From assembly GCA_963693055.1 (NCBI GenBank), contig OY843751.1:5312001-5376000 (forward strand): a DNA stretch of 64,000 nt. The letters run 5' to 3'. The position numbers and the translations under genes were made by a program. Source of the stretch: a bacterium. Its GTDB lineage: Bacteria; Zhuqueibacterota; Zhuqueibacteria; Residuimicrobiales; Krinioviventaceae. Shown here one piece after another: positions 38,563-50,500 of the stretch (position 1 is its first letter; every line of letters begins with the position of its first letter). Under the pieces are notes generated by a model that saw only the letters and a list, made by a program, of their open reading frames with translations, had not been told where the DNA came from and did no database searches.

Positions 38563-39420
38563 TTAAAACACCGACACATTCACATATTTCCCAGGAGATT
38601 TACGCAAATCATTTATCAAAGAATCCAAACTGGCAATGGTACTATTGAGTTTCATGATCGTTTCTTTGTTATTCACCAGTTCACCGACGGAACCCTGGTT
38701 GTTATTGATCTTGTCTGCAATCTGTTTAATATCATCAACCATGGGCACAATATTTTTCAATGCGAGATTGGTTTTATTAATCGCAGATTTTAAACTGTCC
38801 TGGTTGCTGTTAACCAGATCATCAACTCGTTTGGCGGCCAGCCCTACCCGTTCTATCTGTTGGTTATAGCTATCCATATTCACTTTAGCGGACTGTGCAT
38901 CCACATTTGCAAGGGTGGAGTGCAGATAATCAAGAGTTTCAGATACTTTGGTCATTTTGGTATTCAACTCACTTTGCGCCAGATACCCTTGTACCTCTCC
39001 AACCATATCTTTAACCTGTACCATTAGATCTTTATTTTCACCGGTTGTGTTATCGCCCTGCTTATAATACTCTCCTGATTTTCCGGGTATAATAGTAATA
39101 GCTTTTTCACCCAGAATGGATACCGTGTTTAATTCAAATTTTGAATCAATGGGCACACTAAATTTCTTGTTAATATCTACTTTAACAACCACACCATCCT
39201 CTTCAAATTGAATGCCCTTAGTCCAGCCAATTCTGTATCCACGCATATAAACTTTGGCATGATCTTGCAATCCATTAATATCAGAAAATTTCACATATAC
39301 AACATAATCCCGGGTAAAAAAGATGCGCTTTTCTGCCAATGTAACAATAGACATTAACACAATAATAAAACTGGTAAAAATAACAATACCCGAGATAAAA
39401 CTCATTTTTTTATAATTCAT
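38563..39420 (-). CDS. mlaD: MCE/MlaD family protein
   Basis: TM helix, MCE domain ('FSDINGL...VYMRGYRIG', 'SILGEKAITIIPG'), coiled-coil tail ending 'DLRKSPGKYVNVSVF'. Start overlaps the mlaF stop. Confidence 0.85.
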   Translation of the reverse strand: MNYKKMSFISGIVIFTSFIIVLMSIVTLAEKRIFFTRDYVVYVKFSDINGLQDHAKVYMRGYRIGWTKGIQFEEDGVVVKVDINKKFSVPIDSKFELNTVSILGEKAITIIPGKSGEYYKQGDNTTGENKDLMVQVKDMVGEVQGYLAQSELNTKMTKVSETLDYLHSTLANVDAQSAKVNMDSYNQQIERVGLAAKRVDDLVNSNQDSLKSAINKTNLALKNIVPMVDDIKQIADKINNNQGSVGELVNNKETIMKLNSTIASLDSLINDLRKSPGKYVNVSVF

Positions 39421-40138
39421 TTTCCACTCCATTATATACATTTTCCAAATCGTCGGGAGAAATTTGATCGATAGTACCGACAAATGTAAACTCGCCATGC
39501 TTGAGCAACGCCACCCGGTCAGCAACAGCACGGGTCAATTCAATATCGTGTGTAACAATTATAGATGTAGCATTAATTTCTGTTTTCAACATATTGATCA
39601 ATTCACTCACTTTTTCTGAATTGATCTTGTCAAGCCCGGTTGTGGGCTCGTCATAAAATATATATTTGGGTCGTATAATCATTGTTCGTGCAATAGCCAC
39701 ACGCTTACGCATTCCACCACTCAACTCATCGGGATACTTGTTCAAAATATCACGTCCCAGTCCAACAAAAGCAAGTGCGCCATCAATTCGATCACGCAAT
39801 TCTTTATACTTTATACGCATATGCATTGTCAAAAACAAACTCAGATTCTCTTGAACAGTTAAAAAATCAAACAATGCGCTGTTTTGAAAGACAAAACCTA
39901 TCTGCTTTCTAAATTCATTATAGCTTTTTTTGTTTAGTTGGGTAATATCCGTATCACCATAAACAATTTTACCACTATCCGGTTCAATCAATCGATTCAT
40001 TGCTTTGATCAATACGGTTTTACCCTGTCCACTCGAACCCAATATCACCATGGTCTCATTATCATAAATCTCTAGGTTAATATCCTTGAGAATATGCTTA
40101 CCATTAAAAGATTTTGCCAAACTTTCTAAATGTATCAT
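39410..40138 (-). CDS. mlaF: Mla-type ABC ATPase
   Basis: Walker A 'GSSGQGKT', 'FQNSALFD', signature 'ELSGGMRKRVAIAR', 'YDEPTTGLD', 'VTHD'. Confidence 0.9.
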   Translation of the reverse strand: MIHLESLAKSFNGKHILKDINLEIYDNETMVILGSSGQGKTVLIKAMNRLIEPDSGKIVYGDTDITQLNKKSYNEFRKQIGFVFQNSALFDFLTVQENLSLFLTMHMRIKYKELRDRIDGALAFVGLGRDILNKYPDELSGGMRKRVAIARTMIIRPKYIFYDEPTTGLDKINSEKVSELINMLKTEINATSIIVTHDIELTRAVADRVALLKHGEFTFVGTIDQISPDDLENVYNGVENEL

Positions 40139-40932
40139 AAAAACAATTCCGCCATGTAATAATCAAAAATCACAATCAATATTGAAGAGATCACCACCGC
40201 ATTGGTAACAGACTTGCCAACACCCGTAGCACCACCTTTGGTATTTAAACCAAAATGACTACCAATGATTGAAACAATGAACCCAAATACCATGGGCTTG
40301 TAAACACTGCCATATAAAATCTCAAAAGGTTTAAATTTTAATTTTAAACCGCTCACAAACTCATTTACAGGTATCCAACTGGAGAGAACGCAAGAGCCCA
40401 AAAAAGAGCTTAAAATAGCAACAAAATTAGCAAACACAACAATTACAGGAAGCATCAACAATGCGGCAATTACACGCGGCAGCACCAGAAACGCAACCGG
40501 CTCAAAAGACAAAGTCTCCAGAGCGTCAATTTGCTCAGATATCTTCATACTTCCAATCTCTGCAGCAATGGAGGCACCTATTTTACCCGCAAGCACCAGT
40601 GAGAGAATAATTGGCGAAAGCTCTATAATTGTGCTTTTAAAGATCACATTAATGGTAAAGTACCTGGGCACCAATCCCGATGCCTGATACGAACCCTGCA
40701 CCGTTGAAGCCAAGCCTACAAAAACTGCTATTACACTTGCAATTGGCAGGGTTTTGATAGAAAAGTTGTAAATCTGTTCTATCAACTGCTTTCTATAAAA
40801 CCAAACTTTGGGTATGGCTTTAATAGTCTCAAAAATTAACTTGACGATCTGATCAACATTCTCAAAAAAATGAATGGTCTTTTCACCAAGTTTTACAAAA
40901 AAATTATCGTTACGTATTTCCAAATTAACCAC
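40135..40932 (-). CDS. mlaE: MlaE-family ABC permease
   Basis: 'ELSP...LAGKIGASIAAEIGSMKISEQIDAL', 'GGATGVGKSVTNAVV'. Confidence 0.92.
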   Translation of the reverse strand: MVNLEIRNDNFFVKLGEKTIHFFENVDQIVKLIFETIKAIPKVWFYRKQLIEQIYNFSIKTLPIASVIAVFVGLASTVQGSYQASGLVPRYFTINVIFKSTIIELSPIILSLVLAGKIGASIAAEIGSMKISEQIDALETLSFEPVAFLVLPRVIAALLMLPVIVVFANFVAILSSFLGSCVLSSWIPVNEFVSGLKLKFKPFEILYGSVYKPMVFGFIVSIIGSHFGLNTKGGATGVGKSVTNAVVISSILIVIFDYYMAELFL

Positions 40933-41752
40933 CTAATCCAAAAGGGAGTATTCTTAAATTCAATCCAAATAAAACCTTATCTTGATGATTCACGCTCGTA
41001 AAAAGCCCGGGAGAAAATCCGCAAAAACGGAAAACACCCGGATATATATAAAGCCTGTACTTGTAATCCTACGATTTTGAATACAAAAATGAAGCCAAAA
41101 GCGAATTGTTTCTATCAAAAAACACACCCCATGAAAGAACAAGATTCGCTTTCAAGGTTCTTACATTACTGTTAAATTCAGATAATGATTTTGATGCGAG
41201 ACCGGTTCCAAACGAGATGCAATCTCCGTCTGGCTGAAAAAAGGATAAATCCAACTCGCCATGATTTCCATAATAATAAAACAGTCCCGCTTTATTCAAC
41301 AAGTGATATATAGAAAGCGTTGTAAACGCACAGATTTCGGAATATTTATAATTATTATACCGGAACCATTCACCCATCATGCGAAACGATACTCCCCCAC
41401 CCACAAGGTGCATGGTACAATTGGGCCAGTAATGCGCTTCCGAATTATCAAAACTGAATGGTAAAATCTCAGGTTCAAAGAAACGGTCCCAACCATGTTC
41501 TGCAATTGCTTTAATAGGGGATTTAAGATTGTCAGCCACGTTATTCCAGCTTTGCATAAAGTGGATGTCAAATGGGTAATTGGACCGGTTATCGTTCTGC
41601 ATAAAACCATAGCCGCCATTCAAGATCAACTGAACAGGTTGAATAATGCTCTCACTATCGTATTCCAGGCCATAGTAAAAACAATATTCACTTTCACTTG
41701 CAAAAAGCATTGTAGACAAAAACCAAAAAAGAAAAGATAATCTATATTTCAT
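40925..41752 (-). pseudogene. Probable outer-membrane protein gene interrupted by an in-frame TAG
   Basis: After TAG at 41071-41069 the same frame stays open for 47 codons (DYKYRLYIYPG...LPFGLGG) to TAA at 40927-40925, which overlaps the mlaE GTG start. Confidence 0.65.
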
Positions 41753-42069
41753 AAAAGCTCTAATCAATATACAAGGTCAGCATTACCAGCATCTCTAGTC
41801 AGGGATATATTTAAAAATCACATACGTGCTATACATTCAAGTATGTATGTATGTGAATAAAAAAAATTCTTCCTTTCTCTCACAGCATAAATTTATACGC
41901 AAAGAGACAAAATAGTTTCATTTTAAACAAACATTTAATCATTTTTCACTATTTTTTCATTCGTTCCAATTCACTCGGTCGAAAAGATAACAAATAATTT
42001 CATCTTTCCCAAATGATTTATTTTGATGCTTTTAATGGAAAACATATTACAAAAAAATTAATAGTAATA

Positions 42070-43476
42070 CTATTTTCCCGGGGAAAAAATATGAATTGCC
42101 TTGCGGTCAATATCTTCAGCAGCCTCTCCCAATCCTTCAGGCAAAGTGGGATGCGCGTGAATGGTTAATGAAAGATCTTCTACATGCAATGCGGATTCTA
42201 CCGCCAGAGCACCTTCTGCTATGAGATCAGACGCATGGGGTCCTATTATATGAACACCCAATACTGTACCGGTTTCTGCGTCTGAAACGATTTTGGTCAA
42301 ACCTTCAGTGTTACCCATTGTCATTGCACGGCCCAATGCTTTGAACGGAAACACACCGGTTTTGACGTCAAGCCCCTGTTCTTTGGCCTGTGCTTCAGTC
42401 ATGCCAACAGTCGCTATTTCAGGGTCAGTAAAAATAACACCGGGAATAGCAAGGTTATCAAACGCGGACTTTTTTCCGGAAATCACTTCAGCGGCAACTT
42501 TACCCATGTGTGAAGCCCGATGCGCCAGCATGGGTCCTCGAACAAGATCACCAATTGCATACACATTTTCATTGGATGTCTGCATTTTCGAATTCACTTG
42601 TACAAAGCCCTGCTCATCCAAATCTATTTGAAGATGTTCAAGTCCCAAATCATTGCTGTTTGGCTTGCGCCCTATGGATACCAGTACTTTATCCGCGTCA
42701 AGCGGTTCTGTACCATTATGCTGAATAACAACCTGCCCATCTTTAACGGATTCTATTTGTGCACCCAGCATGAGTTTAATATTATGAACCTTTAATGACT
42801 TTTTCAAAACCCGTATCAACTCGGGTTCATAATTTGGCAACAATGCATCCTCTGCTTCTATTATAGTTACCACAGAACCCAGTTTGGAATAAATGAGAGC
42901 CATTTCCAGCCCTACCGAACCCGCCCCCACAACTAGTAACCGTTCTGGTACTTTTTCCAGTTCCAAAGCCCCTGACGAATCAATAATTCGCTCATCATCA
43001 AAAGGGATACCGGACAATTCACGCGGCCGTGAGCCAGTTGCCAATATCAAATTTTCAAAAGCAAATCGTTGTAATCCCGATTTTGAAGAAACCATTATTG
43101 TTTTATCATCAGCAATTTTGGCTGTACCTTCAATGCGTTCTATCTCATTCTTTTCAAGCAGTGTTCCAATTCCATTTCGCAGTCGGGTAACAATACCGTC
43201 TTTCCAGTGATGCAGCTTTTTCATATCCAGCTCAACATCTCCAATCAACAGCCCCATATCCGCAGCATGCTTTAGCTCATACTTTAATCCTGAAACTTCA
43301 ATCATGGCTTTGGAGGGAATACAACCCCAGTTCAGACATACACCACCAATGTTTGACTTTTCAATCAAAACCACTTCCTGACCGGTTTGCGCAGCCCTAA
43401 TAGCAGCCACATATCCGCCCGGACCGGCCCCAATCACTACTGTCTGTACATTCTGGGTAAAATCTCCAACAACCAT
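42070..43476 (-). CDS. lpdA: Dihydrolipoamide dehydrogenase (E3)
   Basis: 'VIGAGPGGYVAA', redox disulfide 'GGVCLNWGCIPSK', 'HAHPTLPE'. Confidence 0.96.
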   Translation of the reverse strand: MVVGDFTQNVQTVVIGAGPGGYVAAIRAAQTGQEVVLIEKSNIGGVCLNWGCIPSKAMIEVSGLKYELKHAADMGLLIGDVELDMKKLHHWKDGIVTRLRNGIGTLLEKNEIERIEGTAKIADDKTIMVSSKSGLQRFAFENLILATGSRPRELSGIPFDDERIIDSSGALELEKVPERLLVVGAGSVGLEMALIYSKLGSVVTIIEAEDALLPNYEPELIRVLKKSLKVHNIKLMLGAQIESVKDGQVVIQHNGTEPLDADKVLVSIGRKPNSNDLGLEHLQIDLDEQGFVQVNSKMQTSNENVYAIGDLVRGPMLAHRASHMGKVAAEVISGKKSAFDNLAIPGVIFTDPEIATVGMTEAQAKEQGLDVKTGVFPFKALGRAMTMGNTEGLTKIVSDAETGTVLGVHIIGPHASDLIAEGALAVESALHVEDLSLTIHAHPTLPEGLGEAAEDIDRKAIHIFSPGK

Positions 43477-43490
43477 TACAATTCCTCCTG

Positions 43491-44726
43491 TCAGGCTTCT
43501 ATCAACATGCGCATGGGATCACTCAGCCGCGCAATAATATGATTGAGAAAACGCGCCATCACCGCACCATCCAGCAAACGATGGTCAAAAGAAACCACCA
43601 GAGGCATCATTGCTCTTATAACCACCTCGTCATTGATCACAACCGGCTTTTTACGTGCCTGCATAACACCCAGTATTGCAACCTGGGGATGCTGAATAAT
43701 TGGAGTTGCATGAATTCCGCCTAACGCGCCAATATTGGTGATGGTAAATGTACCACCACGCAACTCTTCAAGTTCAATCCGGCGTTCTCTGGCCTTTTTG
43801 GCCAACTCGTGGATCTTTTCTGCAATTTGTAAAATACTCATCTTGTCCGCATCACGTATAACCGGTACCATCAATCCATGATCTGTATCTGCTGCAATTC
43901 CGAGATGATAGTAATCTTTATAAACAATGTCTCCCTTTTCTTCATCCAGAGAACAATTGACTTCGGGATATGCCTGCAATGCGGATATCACAGCCTTGGC
44001 AATAAAGCTGGTCATAGTTACCCGAACGCCTTGCTCTTCCATAAAATCTTTTTGCTTTTTCAAAACAGCCAACAGCTCCGTTACATCTACCTCGTCCGCT
44101 TGGCTGACATGCGGTATGGTGGAATAAGATCTTACCATAGCTTCTGCAATACGTTTACGCACACCCTTGAGCGGGAGCCTGCGCGTAGGCCCATAATTAT
44201 CAAAATCCACCGAGTATAAAGGGCCATCTTTGAGGTCAGCCGTCTTGGGAATGAGAGATGCTTCCTGACTTTTTCGTTTTACAGCCTTTTTCACATCCTC
44301 ATCGGTTACCCGTCCATATTTACCCGTACCAGCCACCAATTCAATATCTACACCCAATTCCCTTGCATACTGGCGGGTATGAGGCGTTGCCAACACTCTA
44401 CGGTCCTGAGGCGGAGCGATTACTGGTTTTTTAACAGGTTCAGGCACATTTTCTTTAATTTCTTCTTTTTCAATAGGCAGTTCTTTGCCCTGAATATCGA
44501 AAACAATAATAGGATCTCCAACCGTAATCACATCACCGGGATTAAACGGCAGTTCTACCACCGCACCCGCAACAGGGCTGGGTAAAGATACAACCGCCTT
44601 GTCCGTTTCAATGCTTAAAACGTCTACGTCAACCTCAACCTGGTCTCCAACCTGAACCGTATATTCTACAAGCTCTGCCTCATGAATACCTTCTCCAACA
44701 TCGGGTAAATGAAACACATATCTCAT
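43491..44726 (-). CDS. pdhC: 2-oxoacid dehydrogenase E2 (dihydrolipoamide acyltransferase), one lipoyl domain
   Basis: '[10 protein letters not shown]', lipoyl motif 'ETDKA', E3-binding 'ATPHTR..ARELGVD', catalytic 'DHRLLDG'. Confidence 0.9.
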   Translation of the reverse strand: MRYVFHLPDVGEGIHEAELVEYTVQVGDQVEVDVDVLSIETDKAVVSLPSPVAGAVVELPFNPGDVITVGDPIIVFDIQGKELPIEKEEIKENVPEPVKKPVIAPPQDRRVLATPHTRQYARELGVDIELVAGTGKYGRVTDEDVKKAVKRKSQEASLIPKTADLKDGPLYSVDFDNYGPTRRLPLKGVRKRIAEAMVRSYSTIPHVSQADEVDVTELLAVLKKQKDFMEEQGVRVTMTSFIAKAVISALQAYPEVNCSLDEEKGDIVYKDYYHLGIAADTDHGLMVPVIRDADKMSILQIAEKIHELAKKARERRIELEELRGGTFTITNIGALGGIHATPIIQHPQVAILGVMQARKKPVVINDEVVIRAMMPLVVSFDHRLLDGAVMARFLNHIIARLSDPMRMLIEA

Positions 44727-44728
44727 GG

Positions 44729-45706
44729 TTAAAACTCCATAGTTTGTTGAATGGCTCTAACCACACGTTCAGCATTGGGATAATTATAATTTTCCAGTTT
44801 CAACAACGGTGGTACAATATCATAACTGGTTACGCGTTTGATGGGAGCAAGCAAGTTTAGCAAACATCTTTCACCAACCAGGGCCGCTATTTCTGCGCCT
44901 ACTCCAAAAGATCTGGGGGCTTCATGCACAATAACAAGGCGACCTGTTTTTTCAACTGATTTTGTGATGGCTTCCAAATCAAAAGGAGAAACAGTACGTA
45001 AATCCAGTACTTCTGTACTAATACCCTGATTTTCCGCATGCTTTGCCGCATCCAGACAAACCGGCACCATTCCACCCCAGGTAACCAATGTAATATCTGT
45101 GCCATCACTTACAACCTTGGCTTTTCCTATGGGTATCCTGTACAAATCTTCAGGTACTTCTTCTTTTTTAATTCTATATAATCGTTTTGGTTCAAGAAAT
45201 ACTACCGGATCTGGATCTTCAATCGCGGAAATCAACAAACCTTTTGCATCAGCAGGATTCGATGGAACGATCACTTTGAGTCCGGGAACATGTGCAATTA
45301 TAGCTTCCGTACTTTCAGAATGATGCTCAACTGCACGCACACCCGCACCATACGGCATTCTTACAACCATAGGCAAACCCACCTGACCCAGAGTGCGGTG
45401 TCTCCATCTTGCTGCATTGTTTATTAATTGATCAAATCCCTGATATAAAAATCCCATAAACTGTATTTCAACCAGCGGTTTTAAACCATTTATTGCCATA
45501 CCTATTGCCGAACCCATAATCGAAGATTCTGCAAGGGGCATATCTATCACCCTTTCAGCACCGAATGCTTCAAACAGACCATCCGTAGCACGGAAAACAC
45601 CTCCATCCACACCAACATCTTCACCCATCACAACAACGGAATTGTCATCTTGCATTTTCAAAGAGATGGCCTCATTTATGGCCTGTACCATCGTTTTTCT
45701 AGCCAT
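44729..45706 (-). CDS. pdhB: 2-oxoacid (pyruvate-type) dehydrogenase E1 beta
   Basis: '[14 protein letters not shown]', 'EIQFMGF', 'EHHSES', 'VHEAP'. Confidence 0.9.
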   Translation of the reverse strand: MARKTMVQAINEAISLKMQDDNSVVVMGEDVGVDGGVFRATDGLFEAFGAERVIDMPLAESSIMGSAIGMAINGLKPLVEIQFMGFLYQGFDQLINNAARWRHRTLGQVGLPMVVRMPYGAGVRAVEHHSESTEAIIAHVPGLKVIVPSNPADAKGLLISAIEDPDPVVFLEPKRLYRIKKEEVPEDLYRIPIGKAKVVSDGTDITLVTWGGMVPVCLDAAKHAENQGISTEVLDLRTVSPFDLEAITKSVEKTGRLVIVHEAPRSFGVGAEIAALVGERCLLNLLAPIKRVTSYDIVPPLLKLENYNYPNAERVVRAIQQTMEF

Positions 45707-46761
45707 TACTTCACCTCCCCGCCATTATACAACTCCAAAACCTCTTTTTGCTGTTCTAGCAAATTCCAGGGAAGGGTGTGATACATATTTGCAAACATAT
45801 CCTGTGGCTGCATGGGTGTAACGGATTCAAATTCCGCTACAGCGTCTTCAACCTCCTGTAAACATTGCGCAACAATACCCTTTTCATCCTCATCTGACCA
45901 ATTTTCGTTTTCCTGAAGATACTTTCTTAACCTATCAATGGGGTCCCGTTTTTGCCACATGGCTACTTCTTTAGGATCACGATAACGGCTGGCATCGTCT
46001 GCTGTTGTATGGTCGCTCAGGCGATAGGTTACAAGCTCTATTAATGCCGGTTTCTGTTCTTTTCTTGCACGGTCAGCATATTTTCTAATCGTTTCATACA
46101 CAGCAAAAACATCATTTCCATCAACCCTTACCCCCTGCATATTATAAGCTGCCGCCCGCTCTGCAATGGTTGGCGACGCAGACTGCTTATGTACCGGCAT
46201 TGATATAGCCCAGCCATTATTCTGCACAACATAAACCACAGGTAAATTAAACAATGAGACCATATTCATACTCTCATGAAAGTCTCCTTGCGAAGTTGCA
46301 CCGTCACCCAAAGCACACAAGACCATACCCGGTTCTTTTTTTACTTTTTTTGCATAGGCAATACCAGCAGCATGCGGAAGCTGCCCTGCTACAATTACCT
46401 GAGTTGGTGTGATATTAGAACCGGCAGGCATTTGCCCACCGCGCTCATCTCCATTCCAGTATCTAAACTGGTCTTTCAAAGATACACCACGTACAAAGAG
46501 AGCGCCAAACTCCCGAAAAGCCGGCACAAACCAGTCATCCTTTTGCAACGGAAAGGCCATGCCAACATTCGAGGCTTCCTGACCTTTCACCGAACCCAAT
46601 GTTCCCATTCGTCCTTGCCGCTGCAAACTCAGGGCTTTATCGTTCCAGGTGCGGGTTAGTACCATCCAGCGATAGAGTTCTTTTATCTGTTCGAAGGTCA
46701 AATCAGGCTTTTTGCTGCATTGGCCTTTTTCATTCAACAATTGTATTAGATCGGATTTCAC
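45706..46761 (-). CDS. pdhA: 2-oxoacid (pyruvate-type) dehydrogenase E1 alpha
   Basis: 'LQRQGR', 'GQEA', TPP motif 'GDGATSQGDFHE...QNN', 'YRLSDHTTADD'. Substrate (pyruvate or branched-chain) cannot be settled from motifs. Confidence 0.88.
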   Translation of the reverse strand: MKSDLIQLLNEKGQCSKKPDLTFEQIKELYRWMVLTRTWNDKALSLQRQGRMGTLGSVKGQEASNVGMAFPLQKDDWFVPAFREFGALFVRGVSLKDQFRYWNGDERGGQMPAGSNITPTQVIVAGQLPHAAGIAYAKKVKKEPGMVLCALGDGATSQGDFHESMNMVSLFNLPVVYVVQNNGWAISMPVHKQSASPTIAERAAAYNMQGVRVDGNDVFAVYETIRKYADRARKEQKPALIELVTYRLSDHTTADDASRYRDPKEVAMWQKRDPIDRLRKYLQENENWSDEDEKGIVAQCLQEVEDAVAEFESVTPMQPQDMFANMYHTLPWNLLEQQKEVLELYNGGEVK

Positions 46762-47489
46762 GCAAGCTCCGTCAATAGTTTATTTTCATTTAATAATTCA
46801 TCTATCTTTTCATTAAAAAAAAGATTCTGTTCATATTTAACAATCTTACGTCCATATACATTCTCAAAATGGCTCGTAAAATGCTCTGCTACCTCATTAT
46901 GAGTGGGTCTAACACCTGTATTCTCTTCTATCGTAGTCAATTTTACCCCATCCAAACCACAGGGTTTTATAAAATCAGCCGGGGTCTTGTCACCAGCAAG
47001 ATTCAAGGCCATTCCAAAACTGGTTACCCATCGGGATACCCGAATACCGGTTGAAGCAATTTTTTTCTCCCCTGTCCACAAACCAATCTGTGCCGCTTGC
47101 TCACGTTTACGACTGGCACTAACGCCAAAATCTTTTAACGTTAACAGACCAATTTCTTCAAGATTGTACATATATTGTGGAATGTTACGCTCATGCGGTC
47201 CCAATTTGAGCAAGGGATAGCAGATGAGTTGTCCCGGCCAGTAATAGGTCAGACCACCACCACGCACACTTTTGTGCAAAAAAATACCCTGGTCTTGAAA
47301 AAAATCCAGGGGTTTTAATATATCTTTTTCATTAAATGCTTTTGATCCAACAGACAGGCAGGATTCATAAGAGAACAACAATAATAGATCAGGGATCGCA
47401 TCCTCTACCCTTAAATCCACAAGTCGTTTCAAAAAATTATCCATAACCGGTAACGAAACGGTTTGCAAACGTATTAAAAGACTTTTCAC
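46758..47489 (-). CDS. lipB: Lipoyl(octanoyl) transferase, divergent
   Basis: 'RGGGLTY..PGQLICYP', catalytic Lys in 'KIASTG', 'GMALN', catalytic Cys in 'IKPCG'; overlaps the E1 alpha start. Confidence 0.85.
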   Translation of the reverse strand: MKSLLIRLQTVSLPVMDNFLKRLVDLRVEDAIPDLLLLFSYESCLSVGSKAFNEKDILKPLDFFQDQGIFLHKSVRGGGLTYYWPGQLICYPLLKLGPHERNIPQYMYNLEEIGLLTLKDFGVSASRKREQAAQIGLWTGEKKIASTGIRVSRWVTSFGMALNLAGDKTPADFIKPCGLDGVKLTTIEENTGVRPTHNEVAEHFTSHFENVYGRKIVKYEQNLFFNEKIDELLNENKLLTELA

Positions 47490-47547
47490 CTGGTTCCCAA
47501 CTTTTATTCTATTGCTTTAGGGGAGTAGAACGAATTTAACAGACAAA

Positions 47548-47585
47548 ATATTCCAGAGATATGCACTAACAGCTCTCTGGAATAT
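47548..47585 (-). terminator. Probable terminator after the sacsin-like gene
   Basis: Perfect 12-bp IR ATATTCCAGAGA/TCTCTGGAATAT just downstream of the stop at 47598. Confidence 0.6.
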
Positions 47586-47597
47586 CTGCCTGCCGCA

Positions 47598-50500
47598 TTA
47601 TTGCATAATAAAGGCAGGCTCTTCTTTTTCTTCTTTAAAAGTTTCGGTAATTTCAAACCCCAATTCACTCAATGCATGATATGCCTGTTTCTTACTTTCA
47701 CTTGAGAGGACTTCTTTCAGCACAGGGGATAACCATCCCACATTCTTAAACGGAAGTATATGAAATGCCAGTTCACGCGCAATAGACGCCCAGGGTATTC
47801 CACTTTTTGAACAATAGTACAAGCTGTTCTTGGTCGCATCATAATAAGCATTGACCGATTCCGGTTTAGCCTGCTGTTTGTGGCCATTAACCAAAAGTGA
47901 AAATTCAACTTGCAAACTGTCTGCCTGATAAACGTTCAGCGTCTCAATAAAATCAAAATTTACCATTTCTTCACTATTCATGGTAATTGAATTGGCAATC
48001 TGGGTAAACATATCTTTTCGATTTTGAATACGGGCCACCAGCTCAGAATCTTGTTTTTGCTTATCAACTTTGACAACATGTGAGCTAAGCGCTTCACTCA
48101 ACATTCTTACACCAACGGCACGTTTTGCCCGAAATGAATTAATACTCAATGTTACAAACTGATTTTTTATATCATCTCCAAGATAGGCAGATATATTGGG
48201 ACGATCGTTAAAAAACACCTTTTCCGGAGAAACCAGAATATTTTTATGGTTGGCAACCACCATATTCTCTTTAACTTTTTTAATCTCTTCAATCGGCATG
48301 GAATTAATAAAGCGATAACAATATTCCAAAATGCTAACAATACCATCCGAAACCGGTCGTCTTGCCCTTGCATATTCATTTTGAATATCCTGAATGACCA
48401 AAAGCGCATCACGCGGCTGCGGATCTTCTTTTACACCCAACTTTTTCAACAGATCAGAATAATTATACCACTTGGCATCCAATTGCTTTCTAAAATGTCC
48501 AAAAGCATGCTTGCCGAGAAAAACCTTGTCCGCCGTAAAGAAACCTTCTCCTTGCATATGTATAAAGGGTTTATTCTTTAACCGTTCTATACAAGCAAGT
48601 TGATAATACCGGTTCAAATATTTATAAATCAGAGGATTAATATCTTGCTTGTTCTTGATACAATGCAAAATATGAGATACAACCATATCGCATTCAGGTT
48701 TAGAAGGTATATTCAAAAACCTGATAAACGCGCCAAACAACTTTTGTCTCTCAACATCCAGGAATTTCACCTGACTTTTGAACAAATAAGAATTAAATCG
48801 TGTATATACTTCTTCCGGGGTATACCAATTTTCATAATCATCTTCTACCGGAAGCCATTTTTCAGTTTTTAGGAAATTAAAATTCTCCCGTTGTTTCATG
48901 TCAATCTGCTTCCACACTGTGCCCAGGTAGGCAAAAATCTCTTGTGCGGTATTTCTATTTTCAAAATCCGGTATTGATCCTGTAATCGCTTTTATTTTCT
49001 CCAAAATATCATTGGGTTTGGGTATGGTATTAATATCAAGCCAACGATACAATTCAAGCAATGACTTTCTTTTTTCAATGGATTGCTTTACAAATTTACC
49101 ACTCTGCCCCAGAATAGAAAGCAAATCATTGTCGTGAAAATATACTTCTGTCGCTTTTCTAAAGACACCATCATTACATTCTACTATGGGTAATTCTTTA
49201 AACGTTAAGCGGATCTCTTCATTTCCCCAGATCTCGCCCAAATATCGGGACAATAGAAGCACAAGCTCTTGTCTTTTAGCTTTGGGCAATTTTTTCTTGT
49301 TCTTGAAAAGCTCGGGAACAAAATCTTTGGTGTAATTGACAATATTCAATTCATTGACTTTGAGGTCATTCAGCAAGTCACGGTAATGACTGAGAATTGA
49401 TTTGTCTATAATCATAGACAGGTTTAACGGATCTTCAAAATTACCAGGTATAAACAACTGCTCCAGAGAATACAGCTTGAACCCGGATGGCCAGATAGTT
49501 AATTTACGAATACGGTCAATCAACACCGGATCGTTTTTAATAATGGCTCTGTGCTGATCAAACCAATCAATAAGATGTATAATGGATTTAGGTTCCTTAT
49601 TCCAAAAAGCTTCCAGATGGTTCACATCCGAGGCATCAAACAAATCTCGTACACCTAAATTCACCACATCAATAGCAGCATAGACATCAAACTTGCTGAT
49701 CAATGCCTTGATCCCTTTGGGATTAGCATCCGAAGTAAACACAAATGCCAGATCCAGATCACCAAATAATCGTGCTTCATCATCACTTGCAATCCACAAG
49801 CTCTTGGGAGCGCTAAGCTTGTTCAGAAAAGATATTGCAATATGGCAGGACTGAATTGCATCCAACGCACGTTCTTTTTCTTCCGGTTCTATACGCTCAA
49901 GCAGCCGGGTAATTTCTTCGGCCAGTTTTTCACGTTCGAAATCAGATTGAAACCATTCCGGTGCTTCTTTTAGTTCACGGTTTTTGTCAAAGCCGTTTGC
50001 ATTCAATGCTTTTGCAAGATTATAAATTGACAGAACCGGAACATTTATAGATTCATTGCGCAGCAGCTTAAACTTTTCATACAGATCAAAATGAACAATA
50101 TGCAGACCTAATTTTTCAAAAATAGGCAGCAATTCATACTCTTTTTCATCTTTTAACAAAAAGGCGTCTTTGGCATGTACCCACTCACCTTTGCTGGTAT
50201 AAACAATTTTTTCAGCTGCAAGCTTGGTTTGTAAAATTTCCCAAACTTTTTTGATAACAGGTGCATTATACCCATCAACAGACTTTAAATAGGCTTCATA
50301 AATACGTTCCAGAAAACTCCAAAACTCACGTGGGCCTAAAAACTCTGAAATCTTGTCAAGATTATCCATCAGACTGTATGACGCTGCCAAAATAGCGGCC
50401 TGGTTCCACTGCGCCTGGAAATCGTTTTCAAACAATACACGTTTACGGTCAGTAGACGTAAAAAAGTCTGCATTGATATGAAATGGCAAACTGGTCTGGT

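Noticed and set aside
41069-41071. TAG as pyrrolysine or alternative-code recoding
   Set aside because: TAG ends several clearly complete genes in the window (for example at 4156, 21592 and 63309), and no pyl genes are present here.
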